A stretch of 60,967 nt of DNA from a virus (IMGVR_UViG_3300046820_000595:1-60967), one strand, 5' to 3'; positions 39,315 to 48,147 are shown, counted from the stretch's first letter. Notes: generated from the letters alone by a model not told the origin. Made by a program: numbers and translations.

Positions 39315-40525
39315 AATGATGTCTCAGTGATGTTTAGATTGTAAGCCCAGATAAGTCGAGCAAGGTTTTCGCACAGGTATTGCTCATAACTGCGAGACTC
39401 ATCTGTGTAGCCTTCGCAATGACTGAACTCCTCGATCAGCGTGGAAACTAAGTAGTCTTGATTCTTAAAAGCTGCTCCAGTGACATTTACCACGTCAGGA
39501 TTGTTGCCTTCAACAAAGGCAATTAGATTTCTATCTTTGATTTCTACCATGCGAATTTGATAATCTGTTTTGAATCCAGCATTTTTAAGCGCCTCTAAAG
39601 CAAGATTGAGCATACGTGATTGAATTTGAGTAAATTCAACAACATTATATTCAACTTTCTTGCCTTTCAAGACTTGGCTTTTAATTGTTTTGTTGATTTT
39701 GTCTGGATGCAATGCTGTTAATTCTTTGATTTTTTCTTCCATTTCTGGGTGAATGGTTGTCATCCAAGGAATGTCAAATTTTCCTTCGTCATAGCCATCA
39801 GACAGCAAGAAGCCAGTTTTTCTTTCATCCCATGCTGATTCAAGAATCGCTCGCATAATCATTGTTTCAAACTGATACTGATTCGCCATTGTTCTGTCTT
39901 CAGTAAGCAAAAGATTGGTCAGAATGTTGTAGCCATATTTGCAATCTGGTCTTTCGTCAACTAAAATGCCTTTCAAATAAACTTTGCCTTTGTATTCTCC
40001 ATCGAGGATTTGATACTCGCTATTCTCAAAGACAATGTTTTTGTCGTATGATTGGTTGTTACTCCCAAGGAAATACAAGTGAGCTGATTCATAAATCTCG
40101 CAAAGAGCACTTGATTCAATAGTGATTACTGTCCCGTGCGCAATTTGAGGATTGCTTTTACCAACTTCCATGTATCCATTTTCATCTAAGCAATTACTCC
40201 AGAGTTCTCGAATTACCGCCCAGTCTTTCCAGTGATTACCATAATGGGTTGTGAACGGTAGTTGAGTGTCATTGCAGTAAATGATTTCAACATTTTTGCC
40301 TCGGAAGTCTTCTGTTTTTGTTGTAAATGAGTATTGAGACTCTTCGCCTTGATTGAATGTGGTAAATGTAATTGGCCAGTTTTGGCGCATACAAATAGCA
40401 ATAGCGTATTTAAGACCAGTGCCAAATTGACCAATTGGGTTGTCACTGTTTGGCTTGGAACTAAGACCAACAATAGACCATGCTTTGGAGTCAATGATAG
40501 TTGGCGTAACGAAATGAATTTTCAT
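39311..40525 (-). CDS. GHKL-type ATPase with C-terminal zincin-like segment
   Basis: GLSSK...IGQFGTGLKYAIA, RELWSNCLDE; C-terminal TLIEEFSH. Confidence 0.7.
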   Translation of the reverse strand: MKIHFVTPTIIDSKAWSIVGLSSKPNSDNPIGQFGTGLKYAIAICMRQNWPITFTTFNQGEESQYSFTTKTEDFRGKNVEIIYCNDTQLPFTTHYGNHWKDWAVIRELWSNCLDENGYMEVGKSNPQIAHGTVITIESSALCEIYESAHLYFLGSNNQSYDKNIVFENSEYQILDGEYKGKVYLKGILVDERPDCKYGYNILTNLLLTEDRTMANQYQFETMIMRAILESAWDERKTGFLLSDGYDEGKFDIPWMTTIHPEMEEKIKELTALHPDKINKTIKSQVLKGKKVEYNVVEFTQIQSRMLNLALEALKNAGFKTDYQIRMVEIKDRNLIAFVEGNNPDVVNVTGAAFKNQDYLVSTLIEEFSHCEGYTDESRSYEQYLCENLARLIWAYNLNITETSL

Positions 40526-40809
40526 TTTTCTGTGTATTTTAATGGTTGTTTGTTTTCGTATTTGAATGTGTCAACATTGATAAATTCATTTAACAACTGA
40601 ACACATTCTACAACATCCTCTAGCGGAGCTATCAATAGAGCATCAAGATCGAGTCTAGGTCTATTGTTTGCTTGATACGCTAAAAGAAGAATTGTGTATG
40701 AATTAATATCAAATCCTGGAAGAGCATTGGCTTTGAATGCTTTATCCGCAAGGATGTTAATTTTTTCTCTGATTGGTGGATTAACGTATAATTTGTGAAA
40801 TGCTACCAT
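40522..40809 (-). CDS. Hypothetical protein
   Basis: ORF between tRNA-Arg and the ATPase; start moved out of the tRNA. Confidence 0.6.
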   Translation of the reverse strand: MVAFHKLYVNPPIREKINILADKAFKANALPGFDINSYTILLLAYQANNRPRLDLDALLIAPLEDVVECVQLLNEFINVDTFKYENKQPLKYTEK

Positions 40810-40822
40810 ATTAGTAAAATGT

Positions 40823-40899
40823 TGGTGCATCCATCAGGATTCGAACCTGAAACCACCGACTTAGAAGGTCGGCGCTCTATCCAATTGAGCTATGGATGC
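40823..40899 (-). tRNA. tRNA-Arg(TCT)
   Basis: GCATCCA/TGGATGC acceptor stem, CCGAC-CTTCTAA-GTCGG anticodon arm, GTTCGAATC T-loop, ACCA end. Confidence 0.95.
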
Positions 40900-41391
40900 T
40901 TAAATGTGACCAGCCTCTTTGAAGCTAAAATAAGGAGATCGTCCAATTTCTGGCTCTCCTATAATTACGTGATCAATAAATCGTATTTGAAGCATTTCGC
41001 TTGCTTCACGAATTCTTGTTGTCAGTTGGCTATCTGCTCGGCTTGGGTTTGGGTCGCCAGACGGATGATTGTGCATCAATGCAAAGCCAAATGCGCCAGT
41101 GCAAATAACTGGTCTAATAACTTCACGTGGATGAGCTAATGTTTCGCTGACAGTTCCTACTGAAATTTTGTTGTAAGCAAATGGTTTTAGTTTTGCATTA
41201 AGCAATACGCAAACTAATGTTTCTTTATCAAACTCATGGCAAGAAGCTTTTTCAATAACTACTTTCCAATAATCATATAACAACTCAGGAGAATCTACTG
41301 TTTTGTAATAAGCATCCTCCTTAACTGTTGAGATTATGATTCGTTGAGTTATTCCTGATTTTGTTTTAATGCAGGGAAGACTTCTTTTCAT
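40900..41391 (-). CDS. radC: RadC-like JAB domain protein
   Basis: AHPREV, HNHPSGDPNPSRAD, IDHVII. Confidence 0.92.
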   Translation of the reverse strand: MKRSLPCIKTKSGITQRIIISTVKEDAYYKTVDSPELLYDYWKVVIEKASCHEFDKETLVCVLLNAKLKPFAYNKISVGTVSETLAHPREVIRPVICTGAFGFALMHNHPSGDPNPSRADSQLTTRIREASEMLQIRFIDHVIIGEPEIGRSPYFSFKEAGHI

Positions 41392-41611
41392 TTGTTAATT
41401 TATTGAGAAATTTTATTCTTCGATTGATTTCTTGGTTTAGATACCATTGAGCTTTTTGCAGGTCTTCAATAGCGTCATGTTTCAAATCTGCTCTCCAAAT
41501 GTATTTAACTGCGTTACCAAGGCAGAAATTCATGTGTTCAGTAATTTGAATACATTCAATTCCAGATGGGTGATCTGTGTAGTGTTTTGGGTTGTTTACG
41601 TTGTCGTTCAT
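41366..41611 (-). CDS. DUF3310 family protein
   Basis: VNNPKHY...IECI...GNAVKYIWRA..K...EDLQKAQWYL. Confidence 0.9.
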   Translation of the reverse strand: MNDNVNNPKHYTDHPSGIECIQITEHMNFCLGNAVKYIWRADLKHDAIEDLQKAQWYLNQEINRRIKFLNKLTNEKKSSLH

Positions 41612-41829
41612 TGTTGTGTTTGTTGACTTTTTATTTTATTGCCTAGCTCTGGGTCATCCATGCAAATAATTGCTTTTAACAAAGAGTAAATACTTGCTCT
41701 GCATAATTGCCAATATGGTTCACCCATTCGATTGAAAATAGCTTCTTTTGCATCCCATATTTCTTGATATGCTCTAAACAGTGAATGAGCTTCAGGAGAT
41801 AAATGATTTGGCAATTCTAGCTTCTTCAT
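41608..41829 (-). CDS. Hypothetical protein
   Basis: ATGA-coupled ORF. Confidence 0.6.
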   Translation of the reverse strand: MKKLELPNHLSPEAHSLFRAYQEIWDAKEAIFNRMGEPYWQLCRASIYSLLKAIICMDDPELGNKIKSQQTQQ

Positions 41830-41834
41830 TAGTA

Positions 41835-42089
41835 TTAATAAGTTAAATGAATTGCCATAAAATCCAATAAATGTTCTTTATCATTACCCATGGTTTCTCT
41901 TCCATGAGATTTAGCTAATCTCCTTTGCAGATTGATGCAATCGTGAATTGAGGCGCTAAGCGTAACATGAGCAATTAAATCATTTCCTTCTGGTCCACAA
42001 GCTGGCCATGGCTCGTTCCAATGAAGTATTGTTTCGTGGCGCGATTCTAAAAGACTTTCTATTTTTTCATTAAGTTCTTTGTCATTCAT
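41835..42089 (-). CDS. Hypothetical protein
   Basis: ATG 42089 overlaps the thyX stop. Confidence 0.6.
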   Translation of the reverse strand: MNDKELNEKIESLLESRHETILHWNEPWPACGPEGNDLIAHVTLSASIHDCINLQRRLAKSHGRETMGNDKEHLLDFMAIHLTY

Positions 42090-42787
42090 AACCAATCTTT
42101 CTTCTCCACGCATGGCTTATGCGTTTTCACTAACTCGCCAATCATCGGGAACTCTTGGCAAAACAACTCCAGCATCTGCAAGGCAAGCTCACGATGCTCC
42201 TTTTGGGCGTGTTTATCGCACCGCTGCCAGAAGTATGTCATCCATGAGCGCACTGAGCCTTTGACATAAATTGTGGTCAGTGTCGCCAGCGGGAGGATAC
42301 TACGCGCTGTTTCAGGTGATGCGCCATTCTCAATTAAATAGCGGTAATTGACAGCCTCCATTTTGCATCTGCTTTGCGCCCATTCGCTATGTGGCTTCAT
42401 TGGCTCACCTGATCCTTGCCGATTTCCGCCTTTTGCTTTCTCGCGAATCTCTACATGATCGTAGTCAAGATCAGACACTTCCGAATACCGTTGGCTAAAC
42501 TCTTGGAAGCGCATCGACCAGTGCCTGAGAATCTGCGCTGCAATCGCCCGTGACGTTGTGACTTCAAACGCAATGTCCACCATGTCAAATGGCGACCAAT
42601 GGCCTTCCCTGACGAGGAAAGCAAGAAGCTTATCGCTTGTCTCTGTGTTGTGCTGGTTGCTAGGATTGCTGATTCGCGCTTGGTAAGCGATGAACTCCTC
42701 GGCTGTGAATGGTAATCCTGTGTTCTGGTTGATGACCCGTGGCTGGGTGATTGATATGATTTGTGGTGGTTTCATGTTGTTATCCAT
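42086..42787 (-). CDS. thyX: FAD-dependent thymidylate synthase
   Basis: HWSPFD, QILRHWSMRFQEFSQRY, ETARSILP, GSVRSW, HAQKEHR. Confidence 0.95.
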   Translation of the reverse strand: MDNNMKPPQIISITQPRVINQNTGLPFTAEEFIAYQARISNPSNQHNTETSDKLLAFLVREGHWSPFDMVDIAFEVTTSRAIAAQILRHWSMRFQEFSQRYSEVSDLDYDHVEIREKAKGGNRQGSGEPMKPHSEWAQSRCKMEAVNYRYLIENGASPETARSILPLATLTTIYVKGSVRSWMTYFWQRCDKHAQKEHRELALQMLELFCQEFPMIGELVKTHKPCVEKKDWL

Positions 42788-42959
42788 TCCAATAATTTTG
42801 CATGGCGAAAAGGCTTTTTCCGCGACTCCAAAGCGTTAGCGTGAAACAGGCTAGGCTTACCTCAACGCAGAATCCATTCCACTTTGGGGACATGATTGTG
42901 AATCCAATCGTGAATGATCGGACAAGTTTAAGTGTTATTTTGTAGGTCATTAGTTTCAT
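42780..42959 (-). CDS. Hypothetical 59-aa protein (not in ORF track)
   Basis: MKLMTYKITL...NYWNG*, with AACCAACCAAC leader; fills the gap ahead of thyX. Confidence 0.5.
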   Translation of the reverse strand: MKLMTYKITLKLVRSFTIGFTIMSPKWNGFCVEVSLACFTLTLWSRGKSLFAMQNYWNG

Positions 42960-43015
42960 GTTGGTTGGTTAAGTAGTTCCCAAGTTTTAGATGATGAAAA
43001 TAATTTTCAGCGGCT

Positions 43016-43357
43016 TTATGAATTTAAAAATGCTTTCATTGATTCAATTGTTTTCAATATTTCTTTTATCGAAACAGGGTCTACTTCAATATCGTTTTGA
43101 TTTATGACACGAAAAGGATATGGCTGTGCATTTGCTAATTCTACAATATGCATGAGATAGCGACGATAATCACCAAAAGTCCATGTTTTTCCGCCATCGT
43201 CAGAATATTCGTAATAATAGAATTTATGCTTCATGTTAAATTTTCTTTGTTGCTCCCGAAATTTAGCAAGCTCGCAAAAAGGACATTGTTCAGGAGTCCA
43301 GCCATAAGTAATTGTTTCGTCTCCACAACTATTGCATTCTTCATGATATTTGCCCAT
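43016..43357 (-). CDS. Hypothetical protein with N-terminal Zn ribbon
   Basis: CNSC and CPFC. Confidence 0.6.
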   Translation of the reverse strand: MGKYHEECNSCGDETITYGWTPEQCPFCELAKFREQQRKFNMKHKFYYYEYSDDGGKTWTFGDYRRYLMHIVELANAQPYPFRVINQNDIEVDPVSIKEILKTIESMKAFLNS

Positions 43358-43381
43358 TGGATTAATTTTGTTATTTTAATA

Positions 43382-43744
43382 TTATGATTCTTCTTTTGAA
43401 GAATTGATTCGATCTACGATTTTATTGATTACTTCAACCATTTTATTGATTGCTTTTTTCCCTTTCGGAGTAATCAAGTAGATAACGCTTGGCTTATTGT
43501 TTGCTTCTCGTTTGCCAGTAGGGTCATTTTGCCTCTCAATAAGTCCAGCATTTTTGAGATTCATGCGTTTCATTTTATGCGCATGTCCGTTAATGCTTTC
43601 TCCATTATACAATTTCCAAAGCAATTTCATGTCACACATGCTTACTTTCTCTTTAGTAATCTTGTCTCTTACTTTTTGAGAAAATGATTTCCATGTAACT
43701 CTGGCAGTTTCATTTAATATGTCATCAAATGTTTTATTCATCAT
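43382..43744 (-). CDS. Putative winged-helix DNA-binding protein
   Basis: LKNAGLIER...IYLITPKGK MarR/PadR-like wing. Confidence 0.6.
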   Translation of the reverse strand: MMNKTFDDILNETARVTWKSFSQKVRDKITKEKVSMCDMKLLWKLYNGESINGHAHKMKRMNLKNAGLIERQNDPTGKREANNKPSVIYLITPKGKKAINKMVEVINKIVDRINSSKEES

Positions 43745-43829
43745 CTTCTTTATCCAAAATCATCTCAAGGTGACTAACTTGCGTTTAATTTATCTAATGT
43801 GTCCAAGGCGCTATTTACAAGGTCACGTA

Positions 43830-44063
43830 TCATACGTTCTCCTTTCTTGCTGCGAGCATTGCGTCTGCGTATTCGAAAGAGGCCTTTACGACTGTTTCAG
43901 GTCTTACATCTATAGGATTCGCTAAAATCCCCTGCAAAGCCGCCGCCGCGAAGTAATCGCGCAGGGTCATGCCTTTTTGAGCTTCGATGATGCTCGAAAC
44001 GCCTTCCGCTGTTCTGGTTACCATGCTTGAAGCAATCGGCCCTCCATCGTCAATCTTACTCAC
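43830..44063 (-). CDS. Conserved small phage protein
   Basis: DGGP...GMTLRDYFAAAALQG...ADAMLAAR. Confidence 0.85.
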   Translation of the reverse strand: MSKIDDGGPIASSMVTRTAEGVSSIIEAQKGMTLRDYFAAAALQGILANPIDVRPETVVKASFEYADAMLAARKENV

Positions 44064-44347
44064 TTAGCACCTCCTTTCACGGCGGCGAGGGCTTTTTCAA
44101 GCTGCTCAATAGTCTTAGTCGTCACCGCTCCACGCTTGGCGTGTTCGATTGTGTATCTATTTGCCGCCGTGGCAAGATTGTCGCGCTGCTTCTGGATCTC
44201 ATCAAGCTCTTTTTCTAGCATCCCTGAGAAACGATACATGCCAGCAATTATCAGCCTAAGGGCTTCTTCAGTGTTGTAGTTCCCATTAGGGATCGCTTTC
44301 AGTCTCTCAAACTCTTTGTCTGTTCTTGGCATTTTTTCTTCGTCCAT
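44060..44347 (-). CDS. Hypothetical protein
   Basis: Coiled-coil ORF coupled to the next gene. Confidence 0.65.
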   Translation of the reverse strand: MDEEKMPRTDKEFERLKAIPNGNYNTEEALRLIIAGMYRFSGMLEKELDEIQKQRDNLATAANRYTIEHAKRGAVTTKTIEQLEKALAAVKGGAK

Positions 44348-44349
44348 GT

Positions 44350-44363
44350 TTTAGTTGGCTAAA
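44350..44363. promoter_or_regulatory. Dispersed palindromic box TTTAGTTGGCTAAA
   Basis: Intergenic, 2 nt from a minus-strand start codon. Confidence 0.7.
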
Positions 44364-44373
44364 TTTTGTTTTG

Positions 44374-44751
44374 TTACAAATTCGCGAGGAAATCAGAAGA
44401 CAGTTTATTTTCATAAGCAAGATTAAACAATCTTAGTTTCCATTCTTCGGGGGCGCTATAATCATGAATGTTCTGAAGATCCATAATTAAGATTTCATGT
44501 CGATCTGGAACTTTACCTTCTAATACCAATGTTTTCCATTGAGTGTTTTTGTTTACATCATCAAAGCTTGGGTCGTATTCACAGTCGGAAATCAAGCATC
44601 CAGCAGCACATTTCAATCCTTCTTTGCTTCGATAAGCGCAACCTGTTAATCCTTTGGAACGTGCTTTCTGAGTTAATAAATGAACAGCCACTTGGTCAAA
44701 AACTTCTTGAGCCGTAGCGTCATTCAATGTTTTCAGTGTAATTTTTTTCAT
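44374..44751 (-). CDS. Hypothetical protein, paralogue family A (CxYR...KCAxG...LQxxHD)
   Basis: Similar to 48140-48511 and 47755-48147; start set at ATG 44751. Confidence 0.75.
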   Translation of the reverse strand: MKKITLKTLNDATAQEVFDQVAVHLLTQKARSKGLTGCAYRSKEGLKCAAGCLISDCEYDPSFDDVNKNTQWKTLVLEGKVPDRHEILIMDLQNIHDYSAPEEWKLRLFNLAYENKLSSDFLANL

Positions 44752-44778
44752 TGACTTGTATTTTGTTTGATTTAATTT
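44751..44778 (+). promoter_or_regulatory. Sigma70-like promoter TTGACT-N16-TAATTT
   Basis: ATG 44786 follows 7 nt after the -10; heads the + strand basic-protein island. Confidence 0.6.
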
Positions 44779-44785
44779 GAAACCC

Positions 44786-45070
44786 ATGGACAAGAAGCCC
44801 ATGATGAAAAAGCTAGGTCTTGAAGGTTACAACAAACCCAAACGAACCCCAAGCCACCCCAAGAAGAGCCATGTTGTTATGGCTAAGGAAGGAGATAAGA
44901 CTAAATTGATTCGTTTTGGTGAGCAAGGCGCAAGCACGGCTGGCAAGCCTAAAGCTGGTGAGTCTGAGCGCATGAAACAAAAGAGAGCGTCGTTTAAGGC
45001 GCGTCATGGAGCTAACATTGCTAAAGGCAAAATGAGTGCTGCGTGGTGGGCCTCGAAAATCAAATGGTAA
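44786..45070 (+). CDS. Conserved basic phage protein
   Basis: NKPKRTP.HPKKSHVV...KLIRFG.QG...RASFKARH...SAAWWA...KW pattern seen in aquatic phages. Confidence 0.8.
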   Translation: MDKKPMMKKLGLEGYNKPKRTPSHPKKSHVVMAKEGDKTKLIRFGEQGASTAGKPKAGESERMKQKRASFKARHGANIAKGKMSAAWWASKIKW

Positions 45071-45074
45071 AACT

Positions 45075-45251
45075 ATGAAATCCAAAAGCAAAGTGAACCA
45101 GTCGGGCAATTACACTAAGCCTACTATGAGAAAGCAATTGTTCAATAAGATCAAAGCTGGCACTAAAGGCGGTGATCCTGGAGAATGGAGCGCACGCAAA
45201 GCACAGCTCCTTGCCCGTGAATACAAAGCTAAAGGGGGTAAATACAAATGA
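45075..45251 (+). CDS. DUF5872-like protein, N-terminal half
   Basis: YTKP..RK.LF..IKAG.KGG.PGEWSARKAQLLAREYKAKGG.Y. Confidence 0.75.
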   Translation: MKSKSKVNQSGNYTKPTMRKQLFNKIKAGTKGGDPGEWSARKAQLLAREYKAKGGKYK

Positions 45252-45481
45252 AGAAGCCACAAGAATCTTTAAAGAAATGGACTGAACAGAAGTGGAGAAC
45301 ATCTGATGGCAGTCCATCTAAAGGCAAGAAGCGTTATTTGCCAGACGCTGCTTGGAAAGCACTTTCACCTGCGCAAAAAGCCGCTACTAATGCAGCCAAA
45401 GCTAAGGGGAATAAACAAGGAAAGCAATTCGTAAAGCAGCCTAAGAAGGTTGCCGATATTGCTAAACAATACAGAAAATAA
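45248..45481 (+). CDS. DUF5872-like protein, C-terminal half
   Basis: QESLKKWTEQKWRT...RYLP..AW..LS..QKAATN..K..G...GKQFV. Confidence 0.75.
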   Translation: MKKPQESLKKWTEQKWRTSDGSPSKGKKRYLPDAAWKALSPAQKAATNAAKAKGNKQGKQFVKQPKKVADIAKQYRK

Positions 45482-45485
45482 CAAT

Positions 45486-45608
45486 ATGATGAACAAAGGT
45501 TACGGGAAACCGATGGCAGCTAAGGCTGCAATGGCAAAGCCAATGGCTAAGAAGGTTGCTAAGAAAATGGCAACTAAATCTAAAGGTGCCATGAAGAAAG
45601 CTAAATAA
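45486..45608 (+). CDS. 40-aa Lys/Ala/Met-rich histone-H1-like peptide (not in ORF track)
   Basis: MMNKGYGKPMAAKAAMAKPMAKKVAKKMATKSKGAMKKAK*. Confidence 0.7.
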   Translation: MMNKGYGKPMAAKAAMAKPMAKKVAKKMATKSKGAMKKAK

Positions 45609-45616
45609 GACTAATG

Positions 45617-45653
45617 GCCTAGCTGCTGATGGTGGCTAGGCTATTTTCTTTTT
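45617..45653 (+). terminator. Intrinsic terminator
   Basis: GCCTAGCTGC-TGATG-GTGGCTAGGC stem followed by TATTTTCTTTTT. Confidence 0.7.
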
Positions 45654-45995
45654 CTTTCTTGTCCCATTAGGTTCATTCTTGAACTCCTTAATGTTTACGG
45701 GAAAGAAAGCCAAGAGCTTTGCGCATGACTTCATTCCTGCTTCTGAGAGCTTGTAATGATAGGAGATGTTACCTCTGTCATTTCTTAGTTCTTTAACATT
45801 AAATGCCCATTGCATACGTTTCATTGTCGTTTGCACTTTAGGCTCCCCCATTAGTCGAGCAACCTCTACGCATGTGCAATAGCCATAGGCTTCCTGTAGC
45901 TCAAGCACTGCTAAGATAATGAATGCTTCTCTGTAGGTGATGCCAAGGCTATTGATGTTTCTTGTAAAGCAATTGATTGATGACAATTTATTCAT
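45636..45995 (-). CDS. Putative winged-helix DNA-binding protein
   Basis: GITYREAFII...CVEVARLMG...YKLSEAG; start set at ATG 45995. Confidence 0.55.
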   Translation of the reverse strand: MNKLSSINCFTRNINSLGITYREAFIILAVLELQEAYGYCTCVEVARLMGEPKVQTTMKRMQWAFNVKELRNDRGNISYHYKLSEAGMKSCAKLLAFFPVNIKEFKNEPNGTRKKKKIA

Positions 45996-46206
45996 TGATT
46001 GATTGTAGTAGGATTTCTTGCAGCTCGGCAACTGTATGTCGCCAGTATTTGTATAAACTACTGACAAACTCAAATCCAATCACATCTGGGTAAACTAATT
46101 GAATTGCTTTGTTGATGTCTCCTCCTTGATCAAAGTCCTCGAATGGAATTGTATGAAGAAGAGCGTCAGGTTTGTATTTGCTTAGGATTTCAATGATTTC
46201 TTCCAT
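45988..46206 (-). CDS. Hypothetical protein
   Basis: ORF tiled in the operon. Confidence 0.55.
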   Translation of the reverse strand: MEEIIEILSKYKPDALLHTIPFEDFDQGGDINKAIQLVYPDVIGFEFVSSLYKYWRHTVAELQEILLQSINE

Positions 46207-46208
46207 AT

Positions 46209-46688
46209 TCAGCTTATTCCAATTGTGTCTAGTGTAATGTTGATTGCTTTTAATGAATCAGGATTCTCAAGCAATCGTAGTGGATTTTGATTGTTTACGC
46301 CATTCAACTTAGCCTTGATTTCTTTGCGCAATTCTTTTTCGTCAATGCATTTGATTTTCTTAACATATTCTGCATGTTCCGCCATCAACTTGTCCAACTC
46401 TGGCGATGTCACTTTAGGGTAATTAACATTGCAATACGGCTCTTGGCATCTGCTGTAAATATTAATTCTTGGTGTTACAACGATTGTGGGCGATTGATTT
46501 TTAATCGCTTTAATTGCAGCTTTACGAATTTTGGGTTCAAGGGTGTCAATCTTTTTGCTGCATTCTTCATTGATTATTGCTTGCCTTTCCTTTGCGCGAA
46601 TAACCATTGCCTCAATGATTTCTGCTTTGGTAGGCTTTGGTTGAATTGTCGCTGGGATTGCAAGTGCTGTAGTAGTTGTGTTGCTCAT
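46209..46688 (-). CDS. Hypothetical protein
   Basis: A-rich leader, ORF tiled in the operon. Confidence 0.65.
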   Translation of the reverse strand: MSNTTTTALAIPATIQPKPTKAEIIEAMVIRAKERQAIINEECSKKIDTLEPKIRKAAIKAIKNQSPTIVVTPRINIYSRCQEPYCNVNYPKVTSPELDKLMAEHAEYVKKIKCIDEKELRKEIKAKLNGVNNQNPLRLLENPDSLKAINITLDTIGIS

Positions 46689-46696
46689 AGTTTTGT

Positions 46697-47053
46697 TTAT
46701 ACAAGGTCTTTGACGAATTTTCCGTTAACCATTTTGCCTGTGCGCTTAGAAATAACGCCATATGCTTTCTCGGTGCATTCTTCTAGGCTAATGTTTAACA
46801 TCATACAAATTCCCACAAGGGTCACTACGATGTCACCAATGCCATCCTCAATCTCTGCAAGAATCTCATTCTCTTGGTCATGAGTATCAATGGAAAATGA
46901 TTTTCGCAGTAAGCGGGTTTGAAGGAGACGCGCCAAAGCAATCTTTGTTTCATCTACTTCTTCTTGTGTTTTCTCGATTTGTTTTAGCGGATTACTGAAT
47001 GCAATGATTTGCTTATCAATAAACCATTGTTGGATTAGTGGTATTGTGTTCAT
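46697..47053 (-). CDS. MazG-like nucleotide pyrophosphohydrolase
   Basis: KTQEEVDE...DGIGDIVVTL...AY.VISKRTGKMVNGKFVK. Confidence 0.85.
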   Translation of the reverse strand: MNTIPLIQQWFIDKQIIAFSNPLKQIEKTQEEVDETKIALARLLQTRLLRKSFSIDTHDQENEILAEIEDGIGDIVVTLVGICMMLNISLEECTEKAYGVISKRTGKMVNGKFVKDLV

Positions 47054-47376
47054 GATTCTTCCCATAGGTTAAGTGTTTTCAAAAAGGCTTCTGCTCTTTG
47101 CGCGGCGGTGGCAAAAACGCTGTCTGCCCATGTGAGGTATCTATCGTTCCTTGGTGCGTCAGCAAGAATGTCTAAGTATTTTTGCTCATCATTTTCTGAT
47201 AGCGTTTTTTCCGCTTCGTTCATCGCGTTAAGGTCTTCTGGGTAATTAGGAGGGTCGTATGATGCATTTCCCGATGGGACGTGTAGCCAATCCAGTATTT
47301 TCGCGGTATGCGGTTTAGGGTTAGGAATCCACCCACAAGCCTCAGCTATCTTGATTCGTTGTTGTTCTGGTGTCAT
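47050..47376 (-). CDS. Hypothetical protein, paralogue family B
   Basis: QRIKIAEACG...PNYPEDLNAM.EA...ATA.Q.AEAFL.TLNLWEE shared with the adjacent ORF. Confidence 0.8.
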   Translation of the reverse strand: MTPEQQRIKIAEACGWIPNPKPHTAKILDWLHVPSGNASYDPPNYPEDLNAMNEAEKTLSENDEQKYLDILADAPRNDRYLTWADSVFATAAQRAEAFLKTLNLWEES

Positions 47377-47753
47377 TCTTCCCATAGGTTAAGTGTTCTT
47401 AAAAATGCTTCTGCTTGTTGTTCTGCTGTAGCATCAAGCAATGTTTCTACATCCCATTCATTACGATTTACAATGCGCCCTTTAATAATGTTCGCGAGGT
47501 GATCATTGAATATGTAACGATATCCCCAGTCCTTTTTCCATAAAGCTTGTTTAGCTTCATGCATCGCGTTGAGGTCTTCTGGGTAATTAGGGACTTCAGC
47601 GTATGTTGCTGCACCACCATGATGCTCTTCACAATACCAGAGCCTGACTCCATTTGGATCGGGTTTGCCTTTACGCGTTGTTCTGCGTAGCGGCATGATG
47701 CGAAATAAACCACAAGCCTCAGCTATCTTGATTCTTTGTTTTTCTGGTTTCAT
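47373..47753 (-). CDS. Hypothetical protein, paralogue family B
   Basis: Tandem duplicate of 47050-47376 with near-identical DNA blocks. Confidence 0.8.
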   Translation of the reverse strand: MKPEKQRIKIAEACGLFRIMPLRRTTRKGKPDPNGVRLWYCEEHHGGAATYAEVPNYPEDLNAMHEAKQALWKKDWGYRYIFNDHLANIIKGRIVNRNEWDVETLLDATAEQQAEAFLRTLNLWEE

Positions 47754-47767
47754 TTTAGTTGGCTAAA
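47754..47767. promoter_or_regulatory. Dispersed palindromic box TTTAGTTGGCTAAA
   Basis: Encodes L-A-N-stop of one gene and abuts the next ATG. Confidence 0.7.
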
Positions 47768-48147
47768 ATAGATGGCAATAGTTCTTTTGAGTAGCGCTTC
47801 CATATTTTTTGGGCGTTAATCAATCCTTCTTTGCTTATTTCGTTTTCAAGGAAATTTCTAGAATTGTCGTGCCAGTCTTGTAGTTCTTGCCAAAATCCGT
47901 ATTCATTACCTTGATACTCTGGCAGTAGTAGCTTTTGAATTTCATTCCAACAGCGCTCTACTGAATGCTCTAATTTCTCTAGTTCCGCTTCTTGATTGAG
48001 GCATCTGCCAACTGCGCATTGTTTAAGATTTACTGGGTCGCGATAAAAACACCCGCCATTGTCTCTTACTGCTCTGTTGGATGGGTCTGAGTAGAACTCA
48101 AACGTCTCGATCATAATTTGTTCTTTAGTTTTCATATGGTTATTCAA
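47755..48147 (-). CDS. Hypothetical protein, paralogue family A (divergent)
   Basis: CFYR...QCAVGRCL...LQDWHD. Confidence 0.7.
   Translation of the reverse strand: MNNHMKTKEQIMIETFEFYSDPSNRAVRDNGGCFYRDPVNLKQCAVGRCLNQEAELEKLEHSVERCWNEIQKLLLPEYQGNEYGFWQELQDWHDNSRNFLENEISKEGLINAQKIWKRYSKELLPSILAN

Noticed and set aside
40220-40235. GTCTTTCCAG match to the GAAAGA hairpin repeat inside the ATPase gene
   Set aside because: The flanks do not form the stem; likely coincidental coding sequence.
47050-47753. Diversity-generating retroelement template/variable repeat pair
   Set aside because: No reverse transcriptase in the window, and differences are block replacements and indels rather than adenine-specific substitutions.
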